A stretch of DNA of 64,000 bases from Candidatus Ornithoclostridium faecigallinarum (GTDB taxonomy: Bacteria; Bacillota; Clostridia; Christensenellales; UBA3700): contig DVOI01000001.1 of NCBI GenBank assembly GCA_018713665.1, forward strand, positions 6,346 to 70,345. Reading direction: 5' to 3'. A model generated the notes under the pieces. The model saw nothing but the letters and a program-made list of their open reading frames with translations. It had not been told where the DNA came from and searched no databases. Made by a program: the position numbers and the translations under genes. Below are positions 51,673-60,049 of the stretch, in pieces; the stretch's first letter is position 1; the number at the start of each line of letters is the position of its first letter.

Positions 51673-52989
51673 TCAGACGAATGCGTGATAGATCGCGTTG
51701 ATCGCCCTCTCGTAGTCCTGCGTCGCGACCGCAACGATGATGTTGAGCTCGCTCGAGCCCTGATCGATCATACGAATGTTGATCTTTTCGGCGGCGAGCG
51801 CGGCGCAAAGTTTTGCCGCGGATCCCGGCTTGAACGAAATGCCGTGTCCGACCGTCGAAATCAGCGAAATGCCCGACTTGATGTCGATCGTGTCCGGTTT
51901 GACGATGTTGCGGATGCGTTCGAGCACCACGTCCTCTTTGCCTGCAAGTTCGCTGTCCGCGACGACGACGCTGAGCGTGCCGATGCCGCTGGGCATATGT
52001 TCGAACAGCACGTTGTAGTATTCGAGCACGCTGAGCACGCGGCGCGCAAAACCGAGTTCGGAGTTCATCAACTCCTTTTCGATGAAGATGATGCTGTATC
52101 CCTTCTTGCCTGCAACGCCGGTGATGTAGGAATCCTGCTTGTCGTTGTCCTCGACCTCGGCAACGATCATCGTGCCGGGAGCGGTCGGGTTGAAGGTGTT
52201 GCGGATGTTGATGGGGATGTTCTTCTCTCTGACGGGGAAGATTGCCTCGGGGTGCAGCACGTTTGCGCCCATATAGGCAAGCTCGCGCAGCTCCTTGTAC
52301 GAGATCTTGTCGATGATGCGCGGGCTTTCCACGATGCGCGGATCGGCGGACATAAAGCCGTCGACGTCCGTCCAATTCTCATATACCGACGCGTCTACTG
52401 CGCGCGCGACGATGGAACCGGTGATGTCCGAACCGCCCCTGCTGAACGTGTGTATGCTGCCCGACGCGTCCGCGCCGTAAAAGCCGGGAATGACCGCCTT
52501 GGGCGTACGCGAAAGGCGCTTCGCCGCCCTCTCGTTGGTCTCTTCGGGTTTGAACACGCCGTTGTCGTCAAAGACGACGATCTCGGAGGCGTCGACAAAC
52601 TCGCAGCCGAGCTTTTTGGCAAGCACGATCGCGCTGAGATATTCGCCTCTGCTTGCGCAATAGTCGACCGAGTATGCCGCGGTCATCTTCTTTTCGACCT
52701 CGTCGAGAATGGGCTCGATGTCGAAATCAAGACCGAGGTCCTTGACAATCTCGACATATCTTTGCCTGATTTTCGCGAACGTGGCGGTGCACTCGCCGTT
52801 GATCTCGAGGTCGTGATAGCATGCGTAAAGCATATCCGTGACCTTGGTGTCGCCCGAGAATCTCTTGCCCGGAGCGGACACGACCACATAGTTGCGTTCG
52901 GGATTGGATGCGACGATCTTGGCGACCTTTTCGATCGCCGCCGCGTCCGCCATCGACGTTCCGCCGAACTTGACTACCTTTTGTGCCAT
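51673..52989 (-). CDS. lysC: aspartate kinase
   Basis: 438 aa; VVKFGGTSMAD kinase motif; two ACT-like C-terminal repeats; AGGAGAG RBS. Confidence 0.92.
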   Translation of the reverse strand: MAQKVVKFGGTSMADAAAIEKVAKIVASNPERNYVVVSAPGKRFSGDTKVTDMLYACYHDLEINGECTATFAKIRQRYVEIVKDLGLDFDIEPILDEVEKKMTAAYSVDYCASRGEYLSAIVLAKKLGCEFVDASEIVVFDDNGVFKPEETNERAAKRLSRTPKAVIPGFYGADASGSIHTFSRGGSDITGSIVARAVDASVYENWTDVDGFMSADPRIVESPRIIDKISYKELRELAYMGANVLHPEAIFPVREKNIPINIRNTFNPTAPGTMIVAEVEDNDKQDSYITGVAGKKGYSIIFIEKELMNSELGFARRVLSVLEYYNVLFEHMPSGIGTLSVVVADSELAGKEDVVLERIRNIVKPDTIDIKSGISLISTVGHGISFKPGSAAKLCAALAAEKINIRMIDQGSSELNIIVAVATQDYERAINAIYHAFV

Positions 52990-53017
52990 TTTTCTCTCCT
53001 AAAATTTATTGTAAGGC

Positions 53018-54199
53018 TCACTTAATCTTGCGCGCCTCGCAGTAATATCTCTTGTCTTCCGCGTTGCCCATGCTGAACGACTTGCGCGGCAACACCCCGC
53101 GCCTGACCGTATAATCGAACAGTCCGGCCTTCGCTATGCACGGCATCAAAATCGCAAGGGCGCCCTCGCGCTCTGCCGCCTCGAGCACGCTCGCGTCGCC
53201 GTGGACGTAGTCTATGACGATGGGCGTCGTCTTGGCGTACTCGTCGAGCGCGTTTTGGATGTCGGCAATCGCGTCCGCGCTGTTTTCTGGCACGGACAGC
53301 TCAGTCTCCTTGCCGCCGTACACCGCCTTGGCTCTCGCCGAACCGCACAGCTTGTCCGCAAGATAGACGACCAGCTCTTCTCCGCCGCCCTTGACGAGCC
53401 TGTGTATCGGCTCGAAATCGAGCGACGGATCGGCGATGTCGACGATCTCGCACATCGCATACCTCGCCGGGCAGCTCGCCCACTCGCTTTGGGGAATTGT
53501 CTCTTTGACCTGCGCCCACACCAGCTTCGCCGCCGCCAACGAATGGTTGCCGTCCCCGACGACAAATGCGAGGCTTTGATGCGCTTTGAGCGCCGCCGCC
53601 TCGATCGCGGCGAGTTCGGACTCGTCGTCGATCAGCCTTCCCGTCAAGTGTCCGCCGTTCATGTTCAGTTCGAAGTCATAGACCTCTTCGCCCTCTTTGA
53701 GTAGCGCCTCCAAAAGCGGGCGCACGTTCTCGGCAAGCAGCATGATGTGAGACGCCTCGAGCAGCGCCTTTTCGCGCAACTTCACCCTTGCCGGCAATCT
53801 CTCTTCGACCGTCTTTTCGGTCGCCTTTATGCGCGCGTTGTTGCGCGGAGTGTATTCGTATTCTTCAAGATCGACGACCGCGACCGCTCCGAGACGGTGC
53901 CTGCCGTCGTTCTGTCTGCGGTCGACGACGACAAAGCCCCTCTTCTCCTCAAGCGTGCCGTCCGCACAATAGCGCTCCATCGCCGCATAGATATCCGCCG
54001 CGCGCCTTTCGCCGTCCCCGTCGCCGAGATAGACCTCGGGAAGAATGAGCCTGAGCGTGCTCGGCGCGTCGCCGACATATGCGTTCAACTTGTCCCAATA
54101 CGCCCTGTCCGACGTGAATTGGTCGCAGGCGATCACCGCCCATTTGGACATATCGACGCCCTTGCGCGGCAACAAAAATTCCGCCGTCGAAAGTATCAT
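53018..54199 (-). CDS. DUF1015-like protein
   Basis: 393 aa; ATGA overlap with cdaA stop; VVGDGNHS block resembles the DGHHR-type motif I recall for DUF1015; tentative. Confidence 0.5.
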   Translation of the reverse strand: MILSTAEFLLPRKGVDMSKWAVIACDQFTSDRAYWDKLNAYVGDAPSTLRLILPEVYLGDGDGERRAADIYAAMERYCADGTLEEKRGFVVVDRRQNDGRHRLGAVAVVDLEEYEYTPRNNARIKATEKTVEERLPARVKLREKALLEASHIMLLAENVRPLLEALLKEGEEVYDFELNMNGGHLTGRLIDDESELAAIEAAALKAHQSLAFVVGDGNHSLAAAKLVWAQVKETIPQSEWASCPARYAMCEIVDIADPSLDFEPIHRLVKGGGEELVVYLADKLCGSARAKAVYGGKETELSVPENSADAIADIQNALDEYAKTTPIVIDYVHGDASVLEAAEREGALAILMPCIAKAGLFDYTVRRGVLPRKSFSMGNAEDKRYYCEARKIK

Positions 54200-55080
54200 A
54201 AAAACTTCTTTTTCTCCTTTTTGTCGATTCGCGGCACCGCGGTCACGCCGTATGCCTGCTTGATCTGTTCAAACAGCTTGTCGGGGGTCATATATCTCTT
54301 GATCTTGCCGCGGTCGACGGTGCTGATGATGCCCGTCTCCTCGCTGACGACGATTGCAAGCACGTCGCTCTCTTCGGTGATACCGATTGCCGCGCGATGG
54401 CGCGTACCCAACTCTTTGGCAATGTCCACCTCTTGCGACAGCGGCAAAAAGCATCCTGCCGACAGCACCCTCTCGCCCTTGATGACGACCGCGCCGTCAT
54501 GCAGCGGCCCCTTGGTGCTGAAGATGCTCTCCAAGAGCCCCGACGTGACCACCGCCTCCAACCTTGTGCCGGTGTCCAAAATGTGCGACGGCACTTCCGT
54601 GCGCACGATGATAATCAATGCGCCGACGTCGTTCTTTGCCATGTTTTGGCAAGCCTTGACAATCTGCGTCGCGCTGTTGGTGAGGTCCTCGTCCGAGGTT
54701 TCGTATTCGTAATGTCCGCTCTTTTCGCTTGTGCGAGAGATTTTGCTGAAGATGACCTTGAGGTCGGATTGATAGACGACCGCGAACGCCGCGATCAGGA
54801 AGATCGCGCCGAAGTCCATAACCCGCTTCGTGATGAACATGAACCCGATGCCGCTCTCGCCCAGCCACTTCTCCGCATAGACGCCGGCAAACGTTACGAG
54901 AATGTACAGCAGGATGTATGTGACGGTGAAGATCGCCAGCTTGATGCTGTTGCGCTTTTTGAAGAAGACGAAAATGAGCGCGAACACAGCGCACAACACC
55001 ACCAAATCGATGATGCTGTACCAGCCGATATGCTCGACGTACTCCGTCATATCCACACTTGTCAAACCATATATGTTCAC
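54196..55080 (-). CDS. cdaA: diadenylate cyclase CdaA
   Basis: 294 aa, GTG start with AGAGGT RBS; three N-terminal TM helices; DAC motifs HDGAVVI, GTRHRAA, SEETGIIS. Confidence 0.92.
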   Translation of the reverse strand: MNIYGLTSVDMTEYVEHIGWYSIIDLVVLCAVFALIFVFFKKRNSIKLAIFTVTYILLYILVTFAGVYAEKWLGESGIGFMFITKRVMDFGAIFLIAAFAVVYQSDLKVIFSKISRTSEKSGHYEYETSDEDLTNSATQIVKACQNMAKNDVGALIIIVRTEVPSHILDTGTRLEAVVTSGLLESIFSTKGPLHDGAVVIKGERVLSAGCFLPLSQEVDIAKELGTRHRAAIGITEESDVLAIVVSEETGIISTVDRGKIKRYMTPDKLFEQIKQAYGVTAVPRIDKKEKKKFL

Positions 55081-55120
55081 GCGCGTACCTCTTGTCGATA
55101 TATTGTATTACATTTTTTGC

Positions 55121-55151
55121 TAAAAATAAAGCGTTTTTACGCCCAAAACGC
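55121..55151 (-). terminator. second terminator-like hairpin just upstream of the cdaA promoter region
   Basis: GCGTTTT-7 nt-AAAACGC followed by TTTATTTTTA on the minus strand. Confidence 0.45.
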
Positions 55152-55261
55152 AATTTTTTACCGCCTAATGCGCGCAATGCGCGCGTTTTATGCCCTCTTT
55201 GGCCGCCTTGCGCCGCGTTTTCGCGCCCGTTTTTCACTCGTGCTTTTCACCCCGTTTCAGT

Positions 55262-55296
55262 AAAAGACGGAGAGCGACGACGCGTCGCTCTCCGTC
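55262..55296 (-). terminator. terminator of the glycerol operon
   Basis: Perfect 14-bp stem GACGGAGAGCGACG-3 nt-CGTCGCTCTCCGTC followed by TTTT on the minus strand. Confidence 0.85.
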
Positions 55297-55356
55297 TTTG
55301 TCGGTGTTATTATTGGCTTTTCCCTGCTCGCACGCCGCGCTTAAAATCGCGTTTTA

Positions 55357-55373
55357 CGCACACGGGCACGAAA
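55357..55373 (+). repeat. copy D of intergenic motif
   Basis: CGCACACGGGCACGAAA, identical to copy C; abuts the glpK stop codon; preceded by GCGTTTTA. Confidence 0.55.
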
Positions 55374-56855
55374 TTATCTGTATCTCGCCCTGCCTATGCT
55401 CTGCGCCCAGCCGACCAAAAGTTCCTTGCGGCGCTTCGCCGGCATGGACGGCGTGAATGTGCGGTCTATCGTCCGCGCCTTTTTGAGCGCGTCGGCGTCC
55501 GTCCATACCCCTGCGGTGAGTCCGGCAAGATACGCCGCGCCGAGCGCGGTGCTCTCGGTGACCGCCGGCCGCTCGACCTTGCAGCCGAGCACGTCCGCCT
55601 GAAACTGCATCAGGAAGTTGTTGGCGCACGCTCCGCCGTCGACCGCGAGGCATTTGATGTCATATCCGGCGTCGCTCTCCATCGCGTGCATGACATCGAC
55701 CACCTGATAGGCGATCGATTCGAGCGCCGCTCTGACAAAGTGCTCCCTGCCCGTGCCGCGCGTAATGCCGCAGACGATGCCGCGCGCGTGCGCGTCCCAA
55801 TGCGGCGCACCGAGCCCGGTGAACGCCGGGACGATATAGACTCCGCCCGTGTCGGGGACGCTGAGCGCGATCTGCTCGGTCTCTGCGGACGTGTCGATCA
55901 TCTTGAGCTCGTCGCGAAGCCATTGTATCACCGCTCCGCCTACAAACACGCTGCCCTCGAGAACATATTGCGGCTTTTGCCCGTCGCCGACTGCGGCGAG
56001 CGTCGTGATCAAGCCGCGCTTTGAGCGCATGCGCTCGGTGCCGGTATTCATCAATGTAAAGCAGCCCGTACCGTAGGTATTTTTGATGTCGCCCTTTTCG
56101 GTGCAAAGCTGCCCGAACAGCGCCGCCTGCTGATCGCCTGCGACCGCCGAGATCGCAATCTTCGCGCCGACCTCGCTTTCGTCCGTGTACCCGAAAAGAT
56201 GCCCCGACGCGCACACTTTCGGCAGCATGCTTTGCGGCACGCCGAACAACTCGCACAGCTCGTCGTCCCAGCGCAGCGCGCCTATGTCGAACAGCATCGT
56301 GCGGCTGGCGTTGGTATAGTCCGTCGCGTGAATGCTTCCGCCCGACAGCCTCCACATCAGGTAGGTGTCGACGGTGCCGAACAGCAATTCGCCGCGCTCC
56401 GCCCTCTCTCTTGCGCCCTTGACGCCGTCCAAGATCCACTTGATCTTGGTCGCGCTGAAATAGGGATCGACGGGAAGCCCCGTCTTGTCATAGACGATCG
56501 CGTCCACGCCCGTCTCTTTGAGTGAGTCGCAATAGTCGGCGGTGCGGCGGCATTGCCATACGATGGCATTATAGACGGCTTTGCCCGTCTTTCGATCCCA
56601 TACGATCGTCGTCTCGCGCTGATTGGTTATCCCTATCGCGGCGACCGCTTCCGCTCCGACGGCTGCCAAGACTTCTTTGAGCGAATCGAGACAGGTGCGG
56701 TAGATGTCCTCGGGGTCATGTTCGACCCACCCCGCCTCGGGATAGATCTGCGGAAACTCGCGCTGCGCCTTGGCAACTATGTTTCCGCCCTCGTCGAACG
56801 CTATCGCGCGGCTGCTGGTCGTCCCCTGATCGATCGCTATCACATACCTTTTCAT
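55374..56855 (-). CDS. glpK: glycerol kinase
   Basis: 493 aa; IAIDQGTTSSRAI and full FGGY-kinase layout. Confidence 0.96.
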   Translation of the reverse strand: MKRYVIAIDQGTTSSRAIAFDEGGNIVAKAQREFPQIYPEAGWVEHDPEDIYRTCLDSLKEVLAAVGAEAVAAIGITNQRETTIVWDRKTGKAVYNAIVWQCRRTADYCDSLKETGVDAIVYDKTGLPVDPYFSATKIKWILDGVKGARERAERGELLFGTVDTYLMWRLSGGSIHATDYTNASRTMLFDIGALRWDDELCELFGVPQSMLPKVCASGHLFGYTDESEVGAKIAISAVAGDQQAALFGQLCTEKGDIKNTYGTGCFTLMNTGTERMRSKRGLITTLAAVGDGQKPQYVLEGSVFVGGAVIQWLRDELKMIDTSAETEQIALSVPDTGGVYIVPAFTGLGAPHWDAHARGIVCGITRGTGREHFVRAALESIAYQVVDVMHAMESDAGYDIKCLAVDGGACANNFLMQFQADVLGCKVERPAVTESTALGAAYLAGLTAGVWTDADALKKARTIDRTFTPSMPAKRRKELLVGWAQSIGRARYR

Positions 56856-57211
56856 ACGCTCTTCCTCACCGCCTTAGTGGCGACAAAATCGACACCGGTG
56901 CCCAAAATATCTTTGACGACGACATCCCCTTCGCCGATCGGCGCGTCGATTGTCTTGCCCTTGAGCAACGCGAGAGCGTCAAAGATTATGCTCTTGGGAA
57001 TAACGTTGTTCGTCTTGACGCTGACCATCGCGATCTCGCCGCCATTCACCCTCACCACCGAGGTGACGACGCGCTTGGGGCACACCGCCTCTTCCGCGCC
57101 GTACTTTGCGCCGCGCGGACAGGTGTTGCCCTCGACCCTAATCGGATTCTCTTCGTCATATACTTTGAGTCTGCATCCCATCGGGCAGCAAATGCAAATC
57201 ATCTCCTTCAT
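56852..57211 (-). CDS. DUF1667 Cys-rich small subunit of the clostridial-type glycerol-3-phosphate dehydrogenase complex
   Basis: 119 aa; ICICCPMGC motif; sits in the glpA-like/oxidoreductase/DUF1667/glpK order. Confidence 0.7.
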   Translation of the reverse strand: MKEMICICCPMGCRLKVYDEENPIRVEGNTCPRGAKYGAEEAVCPKRVVTSVVRVNGGEIAMVSVKTNNVIPKSIIFDALALLKGKTIDAPIGEGDVVVKDILGTGVDFVATKAVRKSV

Positions 57212-57212
57212 C

Positions 57213-58472
57213 TCACACCTCCGTCAAGCGGATGACCGCCTCTTTCGCTCCGCGCAGGACGTCCGCCTGCGCGGCGTTCAAATTCAACGTCTCCATTTCG
57301 CCGGGCGTGACAATCTGTTTACGCTTTGTGGCGACCTCTTTGCCGTCGCAGAACAGCGCTATCTTCACGTTTTTGGCGACTTTGCCCACGCGCATCTTGA
57401 AGCCGAGCGCTCCGTCGGCTCCGCGCCGCACCCTCTGCGGCACCGCATAGCGCACTCCGCCGTCCGCGCCGACGTCGACATATTCGGACGCGCCCGCGCC
57501 TTCGGCGATATATTTCGCCGCGCAAGCGCCGGCCTTTTCGCTCTCCTCGCTGACGAAGTCGACGAGGTCGTGGACGTGCAGCACGTTGCCGCAAGCGAAC
57601 ACGCCTTCTTGCGAAGTCATCAGCGTGTCGTCGACGACCGCGCCCGACGTAATCGGACTGAGCTTGACTTCGGCGGTCTTTGCGATTTCGTTTTCGGGCA
57701 GCAGCCCTACGCTGAGCAGCAACGTGTCGCACGGGATCTCCCATTCGGTCCCGGGGATAGGCTGCAATTTTTCGTCGACGGCGGCGACTACGACCGAGGT
57801 CACCCTCTTTTTGCCGTTGATTGTGACGACCGTATGCGAAAAATAGAGGGGAATGTCAAAGTCCTGCAAACATTGCACGATGTTGCGGTTGAGCCCCGAA
57901 GAATAGGGCATCAGCTCGACGACAGCCTTGACCTTCGCGCCCTGGAACGTCATTCTGCGCGCCATGATCAGCCCGATGTCTCCGCTGCCCAAAATGACGA
58001 CCTCTTTGCCGGGCATGAGTCCGTCGATGTTGATCAGCTTTTGCGCCGTACCTGCCGAAAACACGCCCGACGCGCGGCAGCCGGCGATATTGATTGCGCC
58101 TCTCGGCCTTTCGCGGCAGCCGCAAGCCAAGATTATCGCCTTTGCGCGGTATTTGACAAGACCGTCCTCCGCGCTCACGCAGGCGACGACCTTGTCCGCG
58201 ATTGAGAGCACGGTCGTGCCCGTCTTGCACTCGATGCCCCTCTTTGCGACTTCGCGCTCATAGCGCGCCGCGTATTCCGGACCCGTCAGCTCCTCTTTGA
58301 ACGTGTGCAGACCGAACCCGTTGTGTATGCATTGATTGAGGATGCCGCCGAGACGGTCTTCGCGCTCGAGCACGAGGATGTCGCGCTCACCCGCGTCGTA
58401 AGCCGCCTTTGCCGCGGCAAGCCCCGCGGGACCGCCGCCTATAATCACCAAATTCTTATCCTTTATCATCAC
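57213..58472 (-). CDS. NAD(P)/FAD-dependent pyridine nucleotide-disulfide oxidoreductase
   Basis: 419 aa; FAD motif IIGGGPAGLAAA and second dinucleotide motif ILGSGDIGL. Confidence 0.8.
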   Translation of the reverse strand: MMIKDKNLVIIGGGPAGLAAAKAAYDAGERDILVLEREDRLGGILNQCIHNGFGLHTFKEELTGPEYAARYEREVAKRGIECKTGTTVLSIADKVVACVSAEDGLVKYRAKAIILACGCRERPRGAINIAGCRASGVFSAGTAQKLINIDGLMPGKEVVILGSGDIGLIMARRMTFQGAKVKAVVELMPYSSGLNRNIVQCLQDFDIPLYFSHTVVTINGKKRVTSVVVAAVDEKLQPIPGTEWEIPCDTLLLSVGLLPENEIAKTAEVKLSPITSGAVVDDTLMTSQEGVFACGNVLHVHDLVDFVSEESEKAGACAAKYIAEGAGASEYVDVGADGGVRYAVPQRVRRGADGALGFKMRVGKVAKNVKIALFCDGKEVATKRKQIVTPGEMETLNLNAAQADVLRGAKEAVIRLTEV

Positions 58473-59893
58473 TCCACCCTCCCGGTCACAATCTCGGACC
58501 CTTTGCCGTTCTTGGTTACCTCAGCGATGTCGCACCCCAGCTTTTCCGCCAAAATTTCCATCACTCGCGGCGAACAGAAGCCGCCTTGGCACCTGCCCAT
58601 ACCGGCGCGCGTACGCCGTTTGATGCCGTCCATATCTCTTGCGCCGAGCGGCCTTTCGATTGCGTCGACAATCTCGCCCTCGGTCACCGTCTCGCAACGG
58701 CAGACAATCTTGCCGTAACGCGGATCCTTTGCAATCAACGCCGCGCGCTCGTCGTCCGTCATCTTTGCAAACGACGGCGGAGCCTGCCTCTTTGCAACGA
58801 AGTCGCCGCGCTTTTTCAATTTGTACGTCTCGGCAATCTCTTTGGCGACGTCGACCGCAATCGCCGGCGACGCGGTCAATCCCGGGCTTTCAATTCCGAC
58901 GACGTTGTAAAGTCCGCCGCACGGCGCAAAGCCGATCTCGAAGTCGCCCGTCGTCAAGTGCGCGCGAAGTCCGGTGAATTGAGTGATTGCCGCCCGCTTG
59001 GACAGCGACGGCACCGTCTTGCACGCCTTTTCGTACGCCTCCTGCAATCCCTCGACGGTGGTATCGGTGCAGTCTTTGTCGTCGACGTCGACCGCGGTCG
59101 GACCGAGCATGACGTTGCCTGCGGCGGTCGGCACGACGAGAATGCCCTTGCCCATCTTGGTCGGCAATTGGAACAGCGTCGCCTCGGCGACATAGCTCGC
59201 CGCCTTGTCGAGCAGCATATATTCGCCCTTTCGAGCGACGATTTTGAGTTTTTCGGGATTGATGAAATTGTTGACGTCGTCGCCGTGAACGCCGGCGCAA
59301 TTGACGACGAGATCCGCCGAATAGGCAGTGCCGTCCGTGCAATCGACGACCGTCTTGCCGCCTTCGCGGCGAACGCCGCACACCGTCTTTTCGAACAAAA
59401 ACTGCGCGCCGTTGACGCAGGCGTTTTCGGCATACGCGATTGTCATTCCGTACGGGCTGACAATGCCCGAGGTCGGCGCCCAAAGCCCTGCCGTAACCTC
59501 TTGCGAAACATACTTTTCTTTTTCGCGAATTTGCGTGCCCGTGTGGATCTCAAGCTGTTTTACGCCGTTTTCGACGCCCTGTTCGAGCAGCTTTTGAAGC
59601 ACAGGCTCGTCAGCCTTGTCAAAGCACAAAACGTATGCTCCGTTGCGTTTGAACGCAAAGCCCAGCTCCTTGGCGAGCGCGTCGAACATCGCGTTGCCGG
59701 CGACGTTGTATTTGGCTTTGAGTGAACCGGGTTTGGCGTCGAATCCGGCATGGACGACGCCCGAATTGGCTTTGCTCGTTCCGCACGCCACGTCGTTCTC
59801 TTTTTCGAGCACGGTGACCTTGACGTCGTAACGACGGAGCTCTCTTGCGACGGCGCAGCCGATCACGCCCGCGCCGATGATGACGATCTCCAT
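58469..59893 (-). CDS. FAD-dependent glycerol-3-phosphate dehydrogenase/oxidase with BFD-like [2Fe-2S] domain
   Basis: 474 aa; IIGAGVIGCAVAREL; C-terminal VCRCETVTEGEI...GRCQGGFC; GGAGGAAG RBS. Confidence 0.8.
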   Translation of the reverse strand: MEIVIIGAGVIGCAVARELRRYDVKVTVLEKENDVACGTSKANSGVVHAGFDAKPGSLKAKYNVAGNAMFDALAKELGFAFKRNGAYVLCFDKADEPVLQKLLEQGVENGVKQLEIHTGTQIREKEKYVSQEVTAGLWAPTSGIVSPYGMTIAYAENACVNGAQFLFEKTVCGVRREGGKTVVDCTDGTAYSADLVVNCAGVHGDDVNNFINPEKLKIVARKGEYMLLDKAASYVAEATLFQLPTKMGKGILVVPTAAGNVMLGPTAVDVDDKDCTDTTVEGLQEAYEKACKTVPSLSKRAAITQFTGLRAHLTTGDFEIGFAPCGGLYNVVGIESPGLTASPAIAVDVAKEIAETYKLKKRGDFVAKRQAPPSFAKMTDDERAALIAKDPRYGKIVCRCETVTEGEIVDAIERPLGARDMDGIKRRTRAGMGRCQGGFCSPRVMEILAEKLGCDIAEVTKNGKGSEIVTGRVE

Positions 59894-59919
59894 AATCTTC
59901 CTCCGCGTTTGATAATTCG

Positions 59920-59948
59920 ATTATATCATAACTTTGCCGCCATTTCAA
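59920..59948 (-). promoter_or_regulatory. SigA-type promoter of the glycerol operon
   Basis: Minus strand TTGAAA - 17 nt - TATAAT. Confidence 0.75.
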
Positions 59949-60013
59949 GGGCGCCGCGCATTTTCCGCTCCTCTTTTTGAAAATCCGTTGAAGCGCGCTC
60001 CGGCTTAAAACGC

Positions 60014-60042
60014 TTGTACATCGTGCGAGCGTGTGATATAAT
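60014..60042 (+). promoter_or_regulatory. promoter placed for a leaderless transcript of the SH3b membrane protein
   Basis: TTGTAC - 17 nt - TATAAT, then 7 nt (atgacct), then ATG 60050. Confidence 0.6.
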
Positions 60043-60049
60043 ATGACCT

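Noticed and set aside
52990-53017. Lysine riboswitch (L-box) expected upstream of lysC
   Set aside because: Only 28 nt separate lysC from the upstream gene, which leaves no room for a riboswitch.
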